A DNA stretch of 64,000 nt from Haliotis rufescens (GCF_023055435.1 NW_025963779.1:16430001-16494000); one strand, 5' to 3'; counted from the first letter of the stretch, positions 37,677 to 52,122 are shown. A program made the numbers and translations. Notes: generated by a model from the sequence alone, not told the origin.

Positions 37677-40199
37677 GTAAGTAATTACTGAAACTAACTT
37701 GAAATAATGCTGAACAACATGTCTACATGACTGATTTCTGTTGACATTAACAGAGATAACGTCAATTAATTACCTGTGGAAAGTGGAAATTTGTTTAAAG
37801 GTTTAGAAGGTATTTTATTGCGTAATATTTCCTTTCATTGGTTATCTGATGGGGTGCATATATGAACTTAGGAGCTGTAAATGATGTCTAAAGAATTGGA
37901 CTGCTGCAGGTCAGCAGCTTGTTCTTGAAGCTGATTTACATGTGAATATGTGTTTCACATTTCAAAATGTTAAAAGCTTGCTTAATAAGATACATACAAT
38001 GAATAAAAGGACCATTTTAAAATTCACAATTTTCTGAAAAACATAATAAACAGAACGTCAATATCCATAAAAGTTAAGAAGTTGAAGATACCGCCTGATG
38101 GATAAAGGGTAGGGGAATACAGGTTTGTAAATAATGCATTTGCATCATGACATGTTGGGTGACACTAAAGTACAATGTGGGATTGAAAACGCAATATTTA
38201 CTTGATGTAATCACATTGGTATTATATTATGTCATTATTAAAATTTAGATATATCTTTCTGCACTTAGGTCTCGCTTCGTGACAGTTTAGTATCAATGCC
38301 AGTATGTCTAATGATTGGTAAACTGCTGGAATAAAATAATTTTTCTTCAGGTTTTACAAAAATTCAAATGTCGTTCATTACATATGGATGATGCTCTGAC
38401 AGTTGATATGTTGTGGGAACAGGCATCGTGGTTTGAAAAATATCTCAAACAAACATCCCACTTACTGTCAGTGCTTAATTATTTCCATCTTTTAAACTCT
38501 CCGTAGGTTTCGATAGAAACCTCAAAACACCGATAAAATAACAGTTTTACTATCAAGCACTGGTCTCATGTCTAGATAAACGAAGAGGGCGAGAGAGGGC
38601 ATGTTAAATTGTTACATGTATTTTTTTTAAATGAGGTTAGAGGGTGTCAGTGAAATGTGATACAGTTCAAAGGCCAATGCCACCGGCCCTAATCCCCTAT
38701 AATAAAATACAAGTCAATTTCAAATCGAGATTCGCAAATTGCTTCCCGTAGTCGCGACAGGATCCGCTGATCGGGGATTCTAATCGCAGATTTGTACAGA
38801 TGTTGATCCTTTGTTTGTCAGCACAAAACTCGAAGCTGGCTCACACGCCGTGATGTAAAAACAACTTGGTATCTGTGTAAGACTTGGTGTCTGTGTATCG
38901 GCTTAAACTATAATCCCCAGGAACCTTGCTTGCAGAGATCGATATAGCCTTATGAAACATTAAAAAAGGCAATCTAATATTTATGTCTACATGCACCAAG
39001 TACATGTAAACAATAGATTTGTGTCTGACTATCCCTTTAGGTTCTTAACAAAATGGAACTTTGAACACCCTCAATACCTCTAAAGTTTATTTATCATATT
39101 ACATCACTTATCCATGAGTTAATCTGTTATGCTTCATGTGGGTACTTCAAGATAATGTTCACATGTTCCAATCAGGTTTTACAAAATTGCGTCATTAATT
39201 TATGTGACACTGGCAGCAGACCAGCAAATGTTCCACTTTGCTAAATTTTTGGGACCACGGTGCAACCTGGTTTGTTTTTTGTTGTTGTTGTTGTTGTTTT
39301 GTGTTGTTTTTTGGTGTTTTTTTGTTTTGTTTTGGGGGTTTGTTTGTTTGTTGTTGTTTTTTTTTGGGGGGGGCATCCTGCTTTTCATATCAACATGCAA
39401 CTGGTGCTTTAACTAGGGTGTGGGCAAATCGCTCTCTGGACAGGAAATATCGATATCAATTTTCTGCAGTGCGATCGACAAACTTCGCCCCTTTCCTTAG
39501 TGGTCGGTCGTGTTCAGAGTGGTTTTCATTGGTCATGCTGTGTATTTATTCACCCAAATCGCAAGATCATTATTTTAACACGGATGGCAAGGAAGAATCT
39601 AGCTAGTCCATGAATTAGTTGTCCATAATTTTACTTGACATCTTGGCCACGCAAGACAACCGTCAACTTCCCTCGGGGTCCTTTCATTTCACAATTTACA
39701 CATACCATTTCACAGATAGACATGTCATCAAAGCACCTTTCCTGAAAGGCTAAAGATTATTTTGAAGTTTATTTTCGACCTCCTTTTGTTATATCACCTG
39801 TAAGTGGCAACAGGAAGGTAATCGAAAATTTATATTGTTGCAATTGCAACTCGCCCTGACTAAGGTTCCAGGTTTGTCAGTACCAGTGGGTTTTCACAAA
39901 AGTGGAAAGCTTCTAAGACCTGCATCACCTCGGGCTTTCACCCCGCATCAAGCAGACACGACGTGATATCCAGTATAAACAAATACTGTTCAAATCAGAT
40001 ATTGTCAAACTCAAGCATAGGTAGAGTGTAATGACAGTACCAAATGTTGAGAAACTGTGAAGTATTTATGTTCCAACTTACCAAGCATTCTTCTGCTGTG
40101 GTTCCGTGTTTGTTTTATAACTTTTTCAAGACTCTATTAAATCAAGAATCAACAGATGAATTATTAGATTTTGAAGGGAATGACTTTGTTAATTACCAC

Positions 40200-41000
40200 A
40201 ATTGTGATGCAGGTGATTATTGCTAAATACAGATGTGGTGTTATCGAAGATAACTGATGCAGAGATTACCAAATTGAAAATATGAAGAATGGGAAAGCAC
40301 CGAGGGCAGATGGCATTCCTGCAGAATTCCTTAAGATGATTCCTAGAATTCGACATTTCTTTTTTGCTCTATATCTAAAACTCCTATTTAAAAAACACTC
40401 TGGATCAAGGAGTTTTGCCCGTAGCAAGGGATATTTGCATGATGTTACCTTTGTTTAAATTAGGTAGTAAAGCTGATCCTAATATTTACCGTGGAAAATC
40501 CCTATTAATCCCTGGAAATTTGTTCAATGCTTTTATTGAAAGGAGACTAAGAACATGGATTGAATCAAATGACCTATTATCAGTGAGTGAGTGAGTGAGT
40601 GAGTTTGGTTTTACGCCGCTTTTAGCAATATTCCAGCAATATTCCAGCAATATCACGGCGGGGGACACCAGAAATGGACTTCACACATTCTACCCATGTC
40701 GGGAATCGAACCCGGGTCTTCGGAGTGACGAGCGAAGGCTTTATAACCACTAGGCTACCCGACCGCCCCCCTATTATCAGAGTCACAAGCTGGTTTCCGA
40801 GAACAGTATTCCACACAACAGACAACGTATTCACTTTACACGCATTATGCAGTAAATATATGTGCTGACAAATAGAACGTTTCATTTGTGCTTTTATAGA
40901 TTTTAAAAAAGTATTTGGCCTTGTATCAAGAAAGAGTCTTTTATAGCTATTGTTACAGAAAGGATTTCATGGAGGGTTTCACAGTATTCTTAAAAACATG
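40200..41000 (+). mobile_element. Decayed LINE reverse transcriptase fragment, interrupted by a family A SINE
   Basis: Reads MKNGKAPRADGIPAEFLK, then YRGKSL, then SESQAGFR across the SINE, then CAFIDFKK. These are canonical non-LTR RT motifs with frameshifts. Confidence 0.75.
40584..40769 (-). mobile_element. Family A SINE with target-site duplication CCTATTATCAG
   Basis: Duplication at 40573-40583 and 40770-40780. Confidence 0.9.
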
Positions 41001-41378
41001 TACGGCCACGTTAAATATTGTTTGAAAATCTACAGTGAAATAACCCCATAACTACATGCATACATTTATATTTCACAAAGTATTGAGGATTTGGTGCTCC
41101 TTTTGTTTTCTGACGTTGTTGTGATATTTTCATATATTGACATTCGCCTACAGAGACAACTTGATTTTGATACTTTATTTTGTAAGTAGTGGGGGGAAAA
41201 CAGTGTAATTGTTTTTTCGGAATGGTGGTTGCATCGCTGGAAATAAAGCATGATAAACCCGTGAAACCTACGACCAACTATCCAAATCTTGGAGGTATAT
41301 TTTCATTGACATTGATGTAAGGGTGATATATCAAGAAAGCAATGAAGGAAATCCAAATAGCTTACTTCAAGAATCCTC

Positions 41379-41662
41379 GGGGGCACGGGTGGCTCAGTCG
41401 TCTAAGGCGACGTGATTCGCCTTGCAGAGTTGCGTCCCTTGGGCTCACCAAAAACCTATGATTGTGGGTTCGAATCCCGGTTCGCCCCGATTATGTTTCT
41501 CGGTTTATCAGCACCATACCCGTGCTCGTGGGTTTCACCGAAGTGGTAAACGTCCGAGACCTGCATCCACTCGGGCTTTCCTCTCACATTAAGCTGATAC
41601 GCAGTGATATAACTGGAATACTGTTAAACGCGGTGTTAAACCCAACTCACTCAGTCACTCAC
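41379..41662 (+). mobile_element. Family C tRNA-derived SINE, full length
   Basis: A-box TGGCTCAGTCG, B-box GGTTCGAATCC and CTCA tail. Matches 4008-4267. Confidence 0.85.
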
Positions 41663-42419
41663 ATTCTCTGGGAAATTCAAAGCTACCCTTGCAATTGGTG
41701 AGACAGGACGTCATCGTCTACATATATCTACACAGATGAGTTGTAGTGCTGGTGTTGGGAAATAAGGAGTTTGATTGCCATCCCCTTGACGACCTTGTCA
41801 CTGGTAAGTGTCTCACCTTGGCGTGGTGGCAGCGGTAATACCCACAACTCCTTACGGACCACTATATCTTCGACATGTGTTGACTTTTCACTTAAATATT
41901 TGACTGGTTAGGCATTCAAATATTGGGTAATGTGGCAAGTGTCATAACCATCGTGCCCCTTAGCAATTGTGAACACTTTCGATAACTGGAGACAGAAATT
42001 GATATATACCCTCTCGCTCTACCCGAACTGTGCACCATTTCTAGTGGACGGCGTCACGTGGTTGAAACGTTGTAGAAACGAGCCAATGACGGGGAGAACG
42101 TTCCCCCGGGAGCAGCCGGTCTGTGCCCAACAGAAAGTAAACATGCTTGAATAACCATTGGGTCAAATCACAAATTGTTGCACTGTAATTTCTAGAAAAA
42201 CCGTAGTTAAAAACAGCATTTTTATTCTTAACGTTTGGCAGGTAATCCGACTTCACTTCGGATTTCTATCCACAGGGGTATTCTCTTGACTTGTGTGATT
42301 TTGCCTCCAGTCCGATGAGCATCCAGAAGATCTGTATCAGCAATTGTCAGCAGTCACAGATGACAATCTTCTCCGCCAAAATGGCGGAATATCTCATCAT
42401 GGCGTAGACACTGGAGAGG

Positions 42420-42800
42420 AAATTGATCATTATCACGGACGTAACAAAAGCCTATTACCACATCCCTCTTGACGGGAGGTCTATGAAGTACTGCCGAGTC
42501 GTCTCTCCGTTCAAGGTAGTTAGAGCATTCGCAAGATGTGCTATGGGAATGCCCGGATGGGAATCTTCCTTTGAAGAGTTAATGTGTCGTGTTTTTGGGC
42601 GATCAGTTGCAGGGTGACAACGTAGCTAAGCTAGCTGATGATCTTCATAATTTCGGGAATGACTTGGACAATCTCCATTCAAACTTCACCGATGTGTTTG
42701 CCGCTTCGTCTTTCACCCTCCAAAACAATACTTGGTCCTGAGTTGGAAATGGAGGCAAGGGAGTATTCAGGTAGATCCTCACAGAGGGTTGTCAACAATC
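42420..42800 (+). mobile_element. Decayed LTR-retrotransposon (Gypsy-like) reverse transcriptase fragment
   Basis: [14 protein letters not shown]...VVSPFK...AMGMPG, then frameshifted VAKLADDL (catalytic xDD). Confidence 0.65.
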
Positions 42801-45779
42801 GGAGAGTTCAGGCTTAAGACGCACTCATGCTCACCTTTCAAAAGGCACGGCCTTCAAAGAAGCATAGATACTAGTATAAATAATATCAAACGGCATTTTA
42901 ACGATGCTAAGACCTCAACTTATGGCTTGTTGGTTGTTCCTCAGTGTGATCCATTGTCAAAGTCTAGAGAATGTATGATTGTACAAAGAAACTTTCCAGA
43001 AACTTTCAATTGGATCATCCCTCCCGTTATCAAGACATTTCTATGCCCTGGTTATGGACAAGGCTCAAGATCGTCATGCAAAATGCCTCATCTCATTGAT
43101 AGGTACATTATTAAAAAGTACCATATGAACAAAATGATTGTCTGCTTTTTTATATTGGAGGTGTAAGGTCATTTGATACTTTTTGCTCGTGAGATGTCTT
43201 GAGACAGAAGGGGATGTGTAGTGACTAGAGATGTGTTGGCAAGTATAAATTAAATTTGGAGCCGCCACTTTACCACCATTTCATCAAAATTGAAATTTCA
43301 GATTACTCAGGTGAACAATTGGCTTGCCTTGAGTTTGCATGTGTTTGTGGTGGGTGCCACCGGTGAGGCAGGATACTCTCGCCACTATCGTCACTATTTG
43401 ATAGTGATTCATAAACACATACTCATGACATATTGGAATCGTAAATCAACTCTGTTCTCGGCAGAGATTTATTATGAATGTAAAACGAGTTTTGTTTTCG
43501 AATTAATCAAGACAACTTTCCACTCAAAACCATTCAAGTTTCATCATTGTACAAGCCATATGTGCAACAATTGTAGCTGACAATGAATGATGCAAGCAGG
43601 TTCACAATAACGTCAAAGTAATATATGTTTAGAAAAATGTAAACATAAAGTTTGATCTCTGTAGAAGTAAGCATGCATTGGAAACAATGATTAGAACCAT
43701 CATTTTCAAAAACCTGAAAGATGACAATCACATTGATTTTTCACTAATCTTATCCCAAACCTTTTTAAACAAGGGTCCCGCCCTAGAGAAAGTATATACG
43801 AATTTTCATGGCATACACACATGTAAGAATATACAGGTATGACATCCATGAATAATAATCATCATTTGCACTACATCAATGCAGGTATTGGGATCTCGAA
43901 ATATGTGTTGTATACTAATTACTGAAGCCGTCAAAAGAGAGTCGATGTTTGTTTCTGGCCCAACTGTAGATTAAATAGCTTCCGTTAGTAATATATATTA
44001 TTACTCACTCAGTCTGTGATAATAGTGATAACAAATACTACTTTAGTTCAGTATGTGCAACACTAAATATATAAAATCATATAAAATTAATACATAACTG
44101 TTATGAATTGTTATCCTAGTATTTCTATTGCTTAGTCTTCAAATTCCTCTATCATATTCAAAGTAGACTTACGTATTCTAAAGGGTGATCTCAAGTACTA
44201 AGTGCTTTTGGTCTGCTGCATTAGGATTATGCTGCAGCCTTGATAGCTATATATCTTCTTGAAATAAAACAAAATAAATATATATAAGAGACCATTGCTA
44301 GAACATTATTTGTAAGTTGGAATTAGGGACATATGGATGTAGATTCCAATAACATTTTATGCTAAATACATTAAACTCATTATAGAGAAATGCAAAACTT
44401 ATGATTATGTGTCAGATCGTCTCTTGGACTCAAAACACTTGTGGCACAATCAGAATCATCGGTTGTGTTTGTTTGTTTGTGTATTGTTTACACTGCATTC
44501 AGCAATGTTCAAAGACAGCGACCTCTAAAAATCTAACGTTTACGTTTCTTTGTTTTGTCGGGACCGCACTGTGCTCGTGGCTTTCGCCTGCATCACTTCG
44601 GGCTTTCCTCCCATATCAAACTGTCTCGCCGTGATATAACTGAATGTAGACTTTCAAAGCGGCGCTAGACCAAACGCACTCACTCACTCATGACTAAGGC
44701 TGCGGCTCAGATACAATACCCATACCTGTTCGGGAAACGCTCGTGACAAAATAATTATGCGTAGAATGGACCACTTTCAATGCAGAGCGCCAACAGATCT
44801 CGCTCGGAAAAATATTGTGGAATTGTATACAAATATGCTTGGCGTCTAAAGCAGGAAAGATATATGGACCGTCGCATGCTATTTTCTAATTTCCACAAGA
44901 AATATACGACGACTTTATCATTGTATTGCAAACATCAAACCGATAGTACATTTTCAGTATTAGACACACCTATGTATGTGTTATAATTGGATTTCGTATA
45001 AGTGCATTTCAAGGTGATCGACTACTTGACCCCAAAGACATGACGAGGACAGATAGGAGCGCTGAAAGATAAAAGGAAATTATTATTATTAATCGTTTCA
45101 GTTATGTCAAATGTCTTGATCGACCGATCTGAGAAAGTATCCACGTCAATACCAGAGTAACGTCACAATGCTTGCATGCTTCTACACATGTGTCGTAATT
45201 ATTTTTATAACACGGTTCTATAACCCAGATGGCTAAGGTTCCATTTTCAATTGTATTGCTCAAGCAAATTGTGTATGTTTTGTAAATCCCAGGCACACAC
45301 CATATGTCAATACAATGTTATGGTACAAATTGATTCAAATTTGACATCTAGTATAACGCTAAAGCAAATGTACTCGTATATATGTATATGCATCGTCGGA
45401 GATCTGATCTGATAGTATATGTACTTGAATGAACATTTTGACAATGAAGAGTATGGTCCAATCGAAATTCATGTCAAACTTCGAAAATAAGTTTCAAACT
45501 TGTCATTTTTACGACATTCCATGGGTGTGTGCATATTCTTTCATGGGTCCGTTATTCTTGATAGAATGACTTCGTGTTTTAAACTGTAACATTAACTTAC
45601 TCGTACCTGCATAAAAACAATGTATAATATAATAAAAATCAGAATTGGGAGAATGCTACTTTTAAAACGCTATGCTTTACGATATATATGAAATGAAATT
45701 TACATCTGCGTTCTCTAACTATATTTGAAATATATTTAAAACCCAGCAATTCATAATTGTTGTCACTTCATCGTGCCGT

Positions 45780-46620
45780 TCAGGAAGACTCCATGTATCC
45801 AACGGCATGTGTTTATAAATCACTCTCAAACATGTACAATGATACCAGGTGCTGGCGAAGAGGGCAGCCTTTCCTGTCCCAAAGGCATATGCAAGTTCAT
45901 TTCAACGAACGCGGGGACATATTGCGCAAATCAAATAAAGCGACAAAACCCTTTCCATATCCAACAGAAATCTCTACAAGAGCAGAGTCGATTGTACGAT
46001 TCCGTATTTATCATGAGCATGTGTTTATGACTCACTATCAAATAGTAATGATACCAGGTGTTCGCAAAAAGGTGAGAGTATCCTGTCCCACCGGTGGCAA
46101 CCGTCACAAACACACGCAAAGGCAAGTCAATACTTCACCTGAAAAATAACACGGGAACATATGGGACATAAGTCGAAATACAGAATTGCATCAGACATAA
46201 ATTTTGTCACAAATGCGTTTTGTCCACTTGCGCATGATCATAAGAAATGTCTGCTAAAAGAGGATCCAAACACTATCGTAAGCATGTTTTCATTAATCAC
46301 CATCAAATATCTGTACCAGAAAAAGGTGATAAAAATGTCTTCCTTTTGAAATGTTGAATGTTGTAAGCCTGATCAAACTACATTGTGAAATGTAGACACC
46401 AAAGGCTGTAGCTGCTAGAATATTGATCGACATAAAAAGTCATCCCTCTTGTCTTGTCTTGTTGGGAGATTTTAGTTTGTTGCCACTCTGAGTCTCATCG
46501 ATCTAAATATGAAATAGATGAGGCCTTTTTACTGGCCTAATTTATTTCTAGTCGAGGTGGGTAAATCAGAGAAAGGGAATTGGCTATATGACCAATATAG
46601 GACAATATTCAGTTCATTGA
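45780..46620 (+). repeat. Unclassified dispersed repeat (GATACCAGGTGTTCGC / GCGACAAAACC core)
   Basis: Related segments at about 27390-27605 (-), 31860-32000 (+), 43300-43525 (-), 57000-57610 (+) and 61640-61715 (-). Confidence 0.65.
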
Positions 46621-47221
46621 TATACCTAAAGCTTATAATAATAGTTAAACGTCTTGGCGAAATTCCCTTGTTTTCATTTTGCCTTTACAGAAATTCCGAT
46701 TTTTATGCATAAGAAAAGGTCCTGAACTGTTTTGACATAATTGAAAATGGTTCTTTTCTGTGATTGCAGATTCAAGCAGATCCTTTGATGTTCTTAGAAT
46801 CCACATGGTATTGCTTGCACTTGTCTCAAACATTTTCTCTGAATATATAAAAAAAACTTCCTTTTTGTATTCGTCACTTACTGTTGACTCCTTGAGACAG
46901 GTACATTTCCTGGACCAAACAATATCCCTCTCATTATACCTTGAAAATAATCCATAAATCCATGATAATTTAACATATGTTGGATTTTGACATAATCCAA
47001 AAAGAAATTTCAATTTATTAACTGCTTGGCTAAAGAGACTACTACTTCTGTCCTAGCAAGTGTAGTATTCTAGTTAGCATATTAATTGTCCGGATAAGCG
47101 AGGTTCGACTGTAGATACTAAAAGTAGTTTTACTCTGATCAACCACAAGCCATTAGTCTATAAATTTTAACATTACGTACGGCAGCAAACCATTCTTTGT
47201 TTGTAATTTCAGTTCGTGAAA

Positions 47222-48247
47222 ATGGGATTGATGGGTTTTCGATTATTGTTGGCAATGCTAACAACAGCTGCAGTTGCTGACGCATATCAACCAAAAGGAA
47301 AGGGTTATAGCATTCTACGGGTTCACCCAAAGGGATCACTTCCAGTTCACCCAAAGGGAGATATCGTCGCAATTAACAATACTCGTCACTTGGAGAAGCC
47401 CTTACTTCCTCAGCTTCCACTGCATTTAAACCCAAAGGGTTCATTTCTCCATGGTCACAGACGTTTAACACCTGTCAACCCAACAGGAGCTATATTACCT
47501 TCAAGACCTTACTCACCACGTTACAATCTGCGAGGGTCCTACCCGCCTGTGCGTCCTAAAGGTCAGCTAGAACCAAACACCCCACTAGGATTACATCAAC
47601 CTTTGTACCCTAATGGTCCCCGAGCTCTGCCAACTCAACATTTGCATCCTAAAAGTACCCCAGCCCAGCCGCTTCAAGATACCCGAGACATGTCGATATT
47701 GAAACAAACCTCATCGACACAGATGAAAACTGCCTACTCTACAGAAAACAAAAACAAAACTTGGAATAAAAAGAAAGAAACAAATATTGTTTACCCCAAT
47801 TATCCTTCTGACCCATCGGCAAACAAATCAACCGTTTCTCCTTGGGACCAGAAGAAGCAAACGCACCCGTCCAACCAACACAATCCATTGGTCAATAGCC
47901 AAAATATCCCCACAGCGCCAAATCAACAAACAAATCCGTCTGAACCTGCTGGACAAGTGAAGGATCTTAATAGCCAAGATCAACGTCAAAGCCGTTATGT
48001 ACAACGTGTTAATCTGAATAACCATGGCCAACAAGGAAACCGTATTGTTCCCCGGCTTGCGGTTGGACAAAACCCAAACTATCAAGACCAAGGTGTGCCT
48101 CCAAGTCGACCTGGAGGTTGGCAATTGACAAACCCTTCCACCTATGACCAGTTCCCTTCTGACACGTGGCAAGTGGTGGAGCCATCACCTCAAGGCCAAA
48201 ATCCATCTGACCCTTGGTTATCAAGCCCAAAACACGCAATCCAATAG
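47222..48247 (+). CDS. Secreted Pro/Gln-rich repeat protein, paralog 2 (5 PKG motifs, 1 NPSDPW), 341 aa
   Basis: Acceptor TTTCAG ends at 47212 and ATG is at 47222. The signal peptide is nearly identical to paralog 1. The ORF is intact. AATAAA near 48665. Confidence 0.85.
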   Translation: MGLMGFRLLLAMLTTAAVADAYQPKGKGYSILRVHPKGSLPVHPKGDIVAINNTRHLEKPLLPQLPLHLNPKGSFLHGHRRLTPVNPTGAILPSRPYSPRYNLRGSYPPVRPKGQLEPNTPLGLHQPLYPNGPRALPTQHLHPKSTPAQPLQDTRDMSILKQTSSTQMKTAYSTENKNKTWNKKKETNIVYPNYPSDPSANKSTVSPWDQKKQTHPSNQHNPLVNSQNIPTAPNQQTNPSEPAGQVKDLNSQDQRQSRYVQRVNLNNHGQQGNRIVPRLAVGQNPNYQDQGVPPSRPGGWQLTNPSTYDQFPSDTWQVVEPSPQGQNPSDPWLSSPKHAIQ

Positions 48248-48879
48248 CTGGTTAACAAACACCATGACAGTGCATCCAATGATATCAGTAAGTATGTGAG
48301 TAAATCTACACAAACAGTAAAAGCCTCAAGTGTTTTTTTTCATATATATTTATATATATATTAAATATTAAATGTCTGAAATATGATTCTTTATCTTTAC
48401 CTTTCTTATCGACATTGTCTTTGCAAAATATAATATTTAAATGATTACGATTTATTATATGGTCCGATTCTCTCATTTTATGACTCCAGATACTTGATTC
48501 CTCAACAGGTACAAAGATCCTCCAACCCCGTGCTATTGGTAAAAAATTCAGAACAATCGCAGGGACGTACAACACGAAACTATCAATACACAACATGAGC
48601 CCAGTTCAACTATATTACTATCTTATATTTGTGTTTCTACAATGAATATAGTTCCGCCAAGATAAATAAATGAAAGAAATTGTCATCATTGTGTATGTTT
48701 TTGTGCGTTTTGGATTAAACCTTAGTGACCCTTACACTACCAGTGCCACCGTGGTATAAGCTTTCATTTTCGTCACATATTGTACCGCTGTAAATAATCC
48801 CCTCTCCGTATGGTTTTGTCTCGATACATGGGAATGCAGGGGCAGATCGGATGGTTATTGCTGAAGTCGATCATGTGTA

Positions 48880-49560
48880 ACCTTAGTTGACAGATTGCAC
48901 AATGATTGACTCAGGTTTTCAAGAGAGGCTATCTGAACGACCACTGCATCGAGTCTATGTGCAGTCTGATGAGAACATCAGCAACCTTGTGGAGTCCTTC
49001 GCCTGGATGAAGTCGGCTGGCCTGAACAGTGAAATAAAAGGCTTTCTGTTTGCTGCTCGGGACCAGTCACTTCCCACTCGAAACTGTCAATGTGTTGTTT
49101 TGCATCAAAATGTAAAGATGTAGATAATGCAATGAATGCAATGACACTGTCCAACACATTGTCAGTGGATGCCCGACTTTGGAACAAACTCAATATCTTA
49201 AGCGACATGATTGAGTGATTCGATCCTTTTATTACCGTCTCCGCCATGCTTGACTCAGAGGCCCATCCATGGTAGGACCCACAATATGTAGAGGGCGTCA
49301 TGGAAAATGATCAATACAAAATTCTTTGGAATAGGCCCGTATGCAGTCTCAGACCTATCCAGGCCAACAAACCTGATCATGTCCTTTTTGATAATTCCAA
49401 TGAAATCATTTATGTCATTGGATTTTCTGTCCCTTTTGACACACATGTGATTGACAAGATTCAGGGAAAACATGGCAAATATGCGGACCTCACTTTCGAA
49501 ATGTCACGCTTGCTTCCCAAGTACTAAGTTGTCCGACTCCCCACTGTAGGCCAACCAGCC
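48880..49560 (+). mobile_element. Decayed R4/Dong-like non-LTR retrotransposon 3' fragment (CCHC knuckle plus restriction-like endonuclease)
   Basis: GFLFAARDQSLPT...HIVSGC...RHD...KILW...NKPDHVL...KYADL, with stops and frameshifts. Confidence 0.75.
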
Positions 49561-49670
49561 TGACTGTCTTATAAGTCGTGAGTGAGTTTCAGTTACGATC
49601 ATATCTGCAGTTCAGTTATCTCCCATTAACCAAGAAGTTATTCAGCAGCAGGAGTACGCCATTAACAAGA

Positions 49671-49998
49671 GACCGCCTCCGTGGTCTAGTGGTAGAGCAT
49701 CCGCCCGGAGAGAGGAAGGTCCGGGGTTCATAGCAAAAGTCGTTAAAAGATGGTACTTGTTGTTACCCTGTCTGGCGCTCGGCATTAGGGGGCTAAAACA
49801 AGGACTGGTCGGCTCGGAGTCAGTATAATGTGTCTGAGTGGGGGATTCATGTTAAACTGCAGCATGGTATCTCAGTGAGCTAGCACTATAAATCGGCATC
49901 AGTCCGGACTAGTACAAGCAGCCACACACACGTACATACACGTCGCTATATAAGTACAATAATCTTGGACGCGACGTTAAAGCCCATTTCACCTCACC
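49671..49998 (+). mobile_element. Family B SINE
   Basis: Near-identical to 55408-55760. Confidence 0.85.
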
Positions 49999-50722
49999 AT
50001 TTTCAAAAAGTGATACCTTTGCAGCCCTTGGAATCAACCTGTATTAAAAAGGGATAATTTGGCAGCCCTTGAAGTAATTCACTTTTAAAGTTGGAGCTGC
50101 TGTATTATTGCTCGACAAAAGGGAAAGTATTTTGTCACTCTGTATCTTTATAATTATATCTAAATATGAAACATATTAGGTAACTGGTAACTTTTATTTC
50201 AAGTTCAGATGGATTCCATGGAATGGAATTGGCTATCTGAACATTGAACGATATCGTAATTCAGTTTTAACCAAAGAGTTGTTCAACAGTCCTTGAAGAT
50301 GGAATCTTCGACATAAATTGTTCACTGAATTACTGAAGTACAGAACAGAGAATCCTAAACAGTCAATACACTTTTATGGATGACCACTTTTTTTAAACAA
50401 ATGGTTCGCTCATTTCTTTCTTAACTTGGTTCTAGCTTTGTTGAAAGAATGAAGCGCATATGACCAGCAAATACAGCTGAATGTGAAACAATTTGCAAGA
50501 AATGCCTTTGGTTGGTTATGGCAAGGTAACTGTCATGGGCTACATAACAGCAAACTTCAGCTGTCTTTTTCGATTAAATCACATACAATGTAAGAATACG
50601 ATTCAAATCAATAGGGTTTGGGAAATAGAAGCAAAAGAATTTAGATACTACTCACAACACAGGATTGTAAGACAAAGGAATCAATAACTATACAAAACCA
50701 AGTATGCATGTTCTCCCCGCCA

Positions 50723-50904
50723 TATAAATCACCACTTCGTGGAGGACGGTTGTGGAACTCACTACATCTCATCTATCAAGATATGTCAGGTGTCGACCAT
50801 GTATGACATATGTTTTACGTGTCCAGATTGACTTGGACAAATCAACGTCCAAATACCATTACCTTCTTCAGGTGGATATCAGTTGGATCACCAGATGTAC
50901 AAAG
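50723..50904 (+). promoter_or_regulatory. TATA box and putative non-coding exon 1 of the 833-aa secreted protein gene
   Basis: TATAAAT at 50723 and donor AAG|GTAAGT at 50905, 1.2 kb upstream of the acceptor at 52117. Conserved in the duplicate at 37486. Confidence 0.5.
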
Positions 50905-52122
50905 GTAAGTAATTAGTAAAACTAACTTGAAATAATGCCGAAAAACATGTCTACGTAACTGTTTTCCTTTGACATTGACAGCGACATCAATGAATTACCT
51001 GTAGAAAGTGTGGAAATTTGTCAAAAGGGTTTATTAACTTATATTTCTTTTCAATTGTTATCTGATACATTTATGAGCTTACGAGCTGTAAATTGATGAC
51101 TAAAGAATTCGACAGGTTAATGGCTTGTTCTGAAAGCTGATTGAAATGTGTATTTCACATTTCAAAGTTTTAAAGACTTGCCTCAATAAGATTCATACGA
51201 TGAATAAAGTTACCATGAATTATTAAACATTTCCAAATTTACAATTTTCTGAAAAACATAACAGTAAGACAATTTTCATTTTAATACTTGAAGATAACGC
51301 CTGATTGATATAGGGTAGGGGAATACAGGTTTGTAAGTATATATTTACATCATGACATTGAAGTACAATGTAGGTTTGAAAACAAGAAATATACTTGATG
51401 TAATCGTATTATTTGTGTATGTCATTATTTATATTCAAAATATATCTTACTGCACTTAGGTCTCGTTTCTTGACAGTATTGTATATTAAATGATTGGTTA
51501 GATATGCTTCAGAACTATTTGAAAGTATGGATGAAATTACATATTATAGTCCTCTCCATTTGACAAAGAACACGAAATAACGCGATTATTGAACAAGTCA
51601 TTCCGGCTCTCAGGAAGACTTACTTACAGAAATGACAAATCTTGGACAGTGCGCTTTTCAAGTTATATCCATTTTGCTGGTAATAAACATCATCATACAA
51701 TTTTGATCACGTGGGTACAATCCGAGTACGGTCACGTTTTTCCTATAATTCGTGCTAGTACGTACAACGCGAATGTATGTGTGTGCGTGCGTATTTTTGC
51801 CTTTGCTTATGTTGTATTTGCGTAAGATGTAAATTATGTAGTAAACGTGTTATCACATTTCAGAAATGCTGATGCACCTTCTCAACATTTAAAACTGCCT
51901 AATTTATATCCAACGAAGTATAGAGTCCATCCCAGTTTAGAGGATGTTGGGGTGACTGGATAGGGTTGTTTCAGAAGACTGTGTTGCATTATCTTTCTTC
52001 GTTTTTTAAATTAATTGTTCACACCATTCCAAAACAACCGATATTGGTGCCAAATTCAGATGTATTTAAAATAGCTTTCCAAATTTATATCGAATTTGTA
52101 CATTTCTTTAATTTCAGCCGAG

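Larger units (their letters stand above)
27390..38330 (+). repeat. Tandem segmental duplication, unit 1 (paralogous to about 43320-51500)
   Basis: Ordered shared blocks: 27610/43530, 28010/43740, 29100/44690, 29570/45160, 30690/45520, 32220/47090, 33800/48505, 37000/50240, 37480/50718 and 38260/51450. Each unit carries its own private insertions. Confidence 0.9.
43320..51500 (+). repeat. Tandem segmental duplication, unit 2
   Basis: Ordered homology to 27390-38330. Confidence 0.9.

Noticed and set aside
39200-39606. Hydrophobic or Cys-rich ORFs
   Set aside because: They are translations of a (GTT/GTTT)n low-complexity tract.
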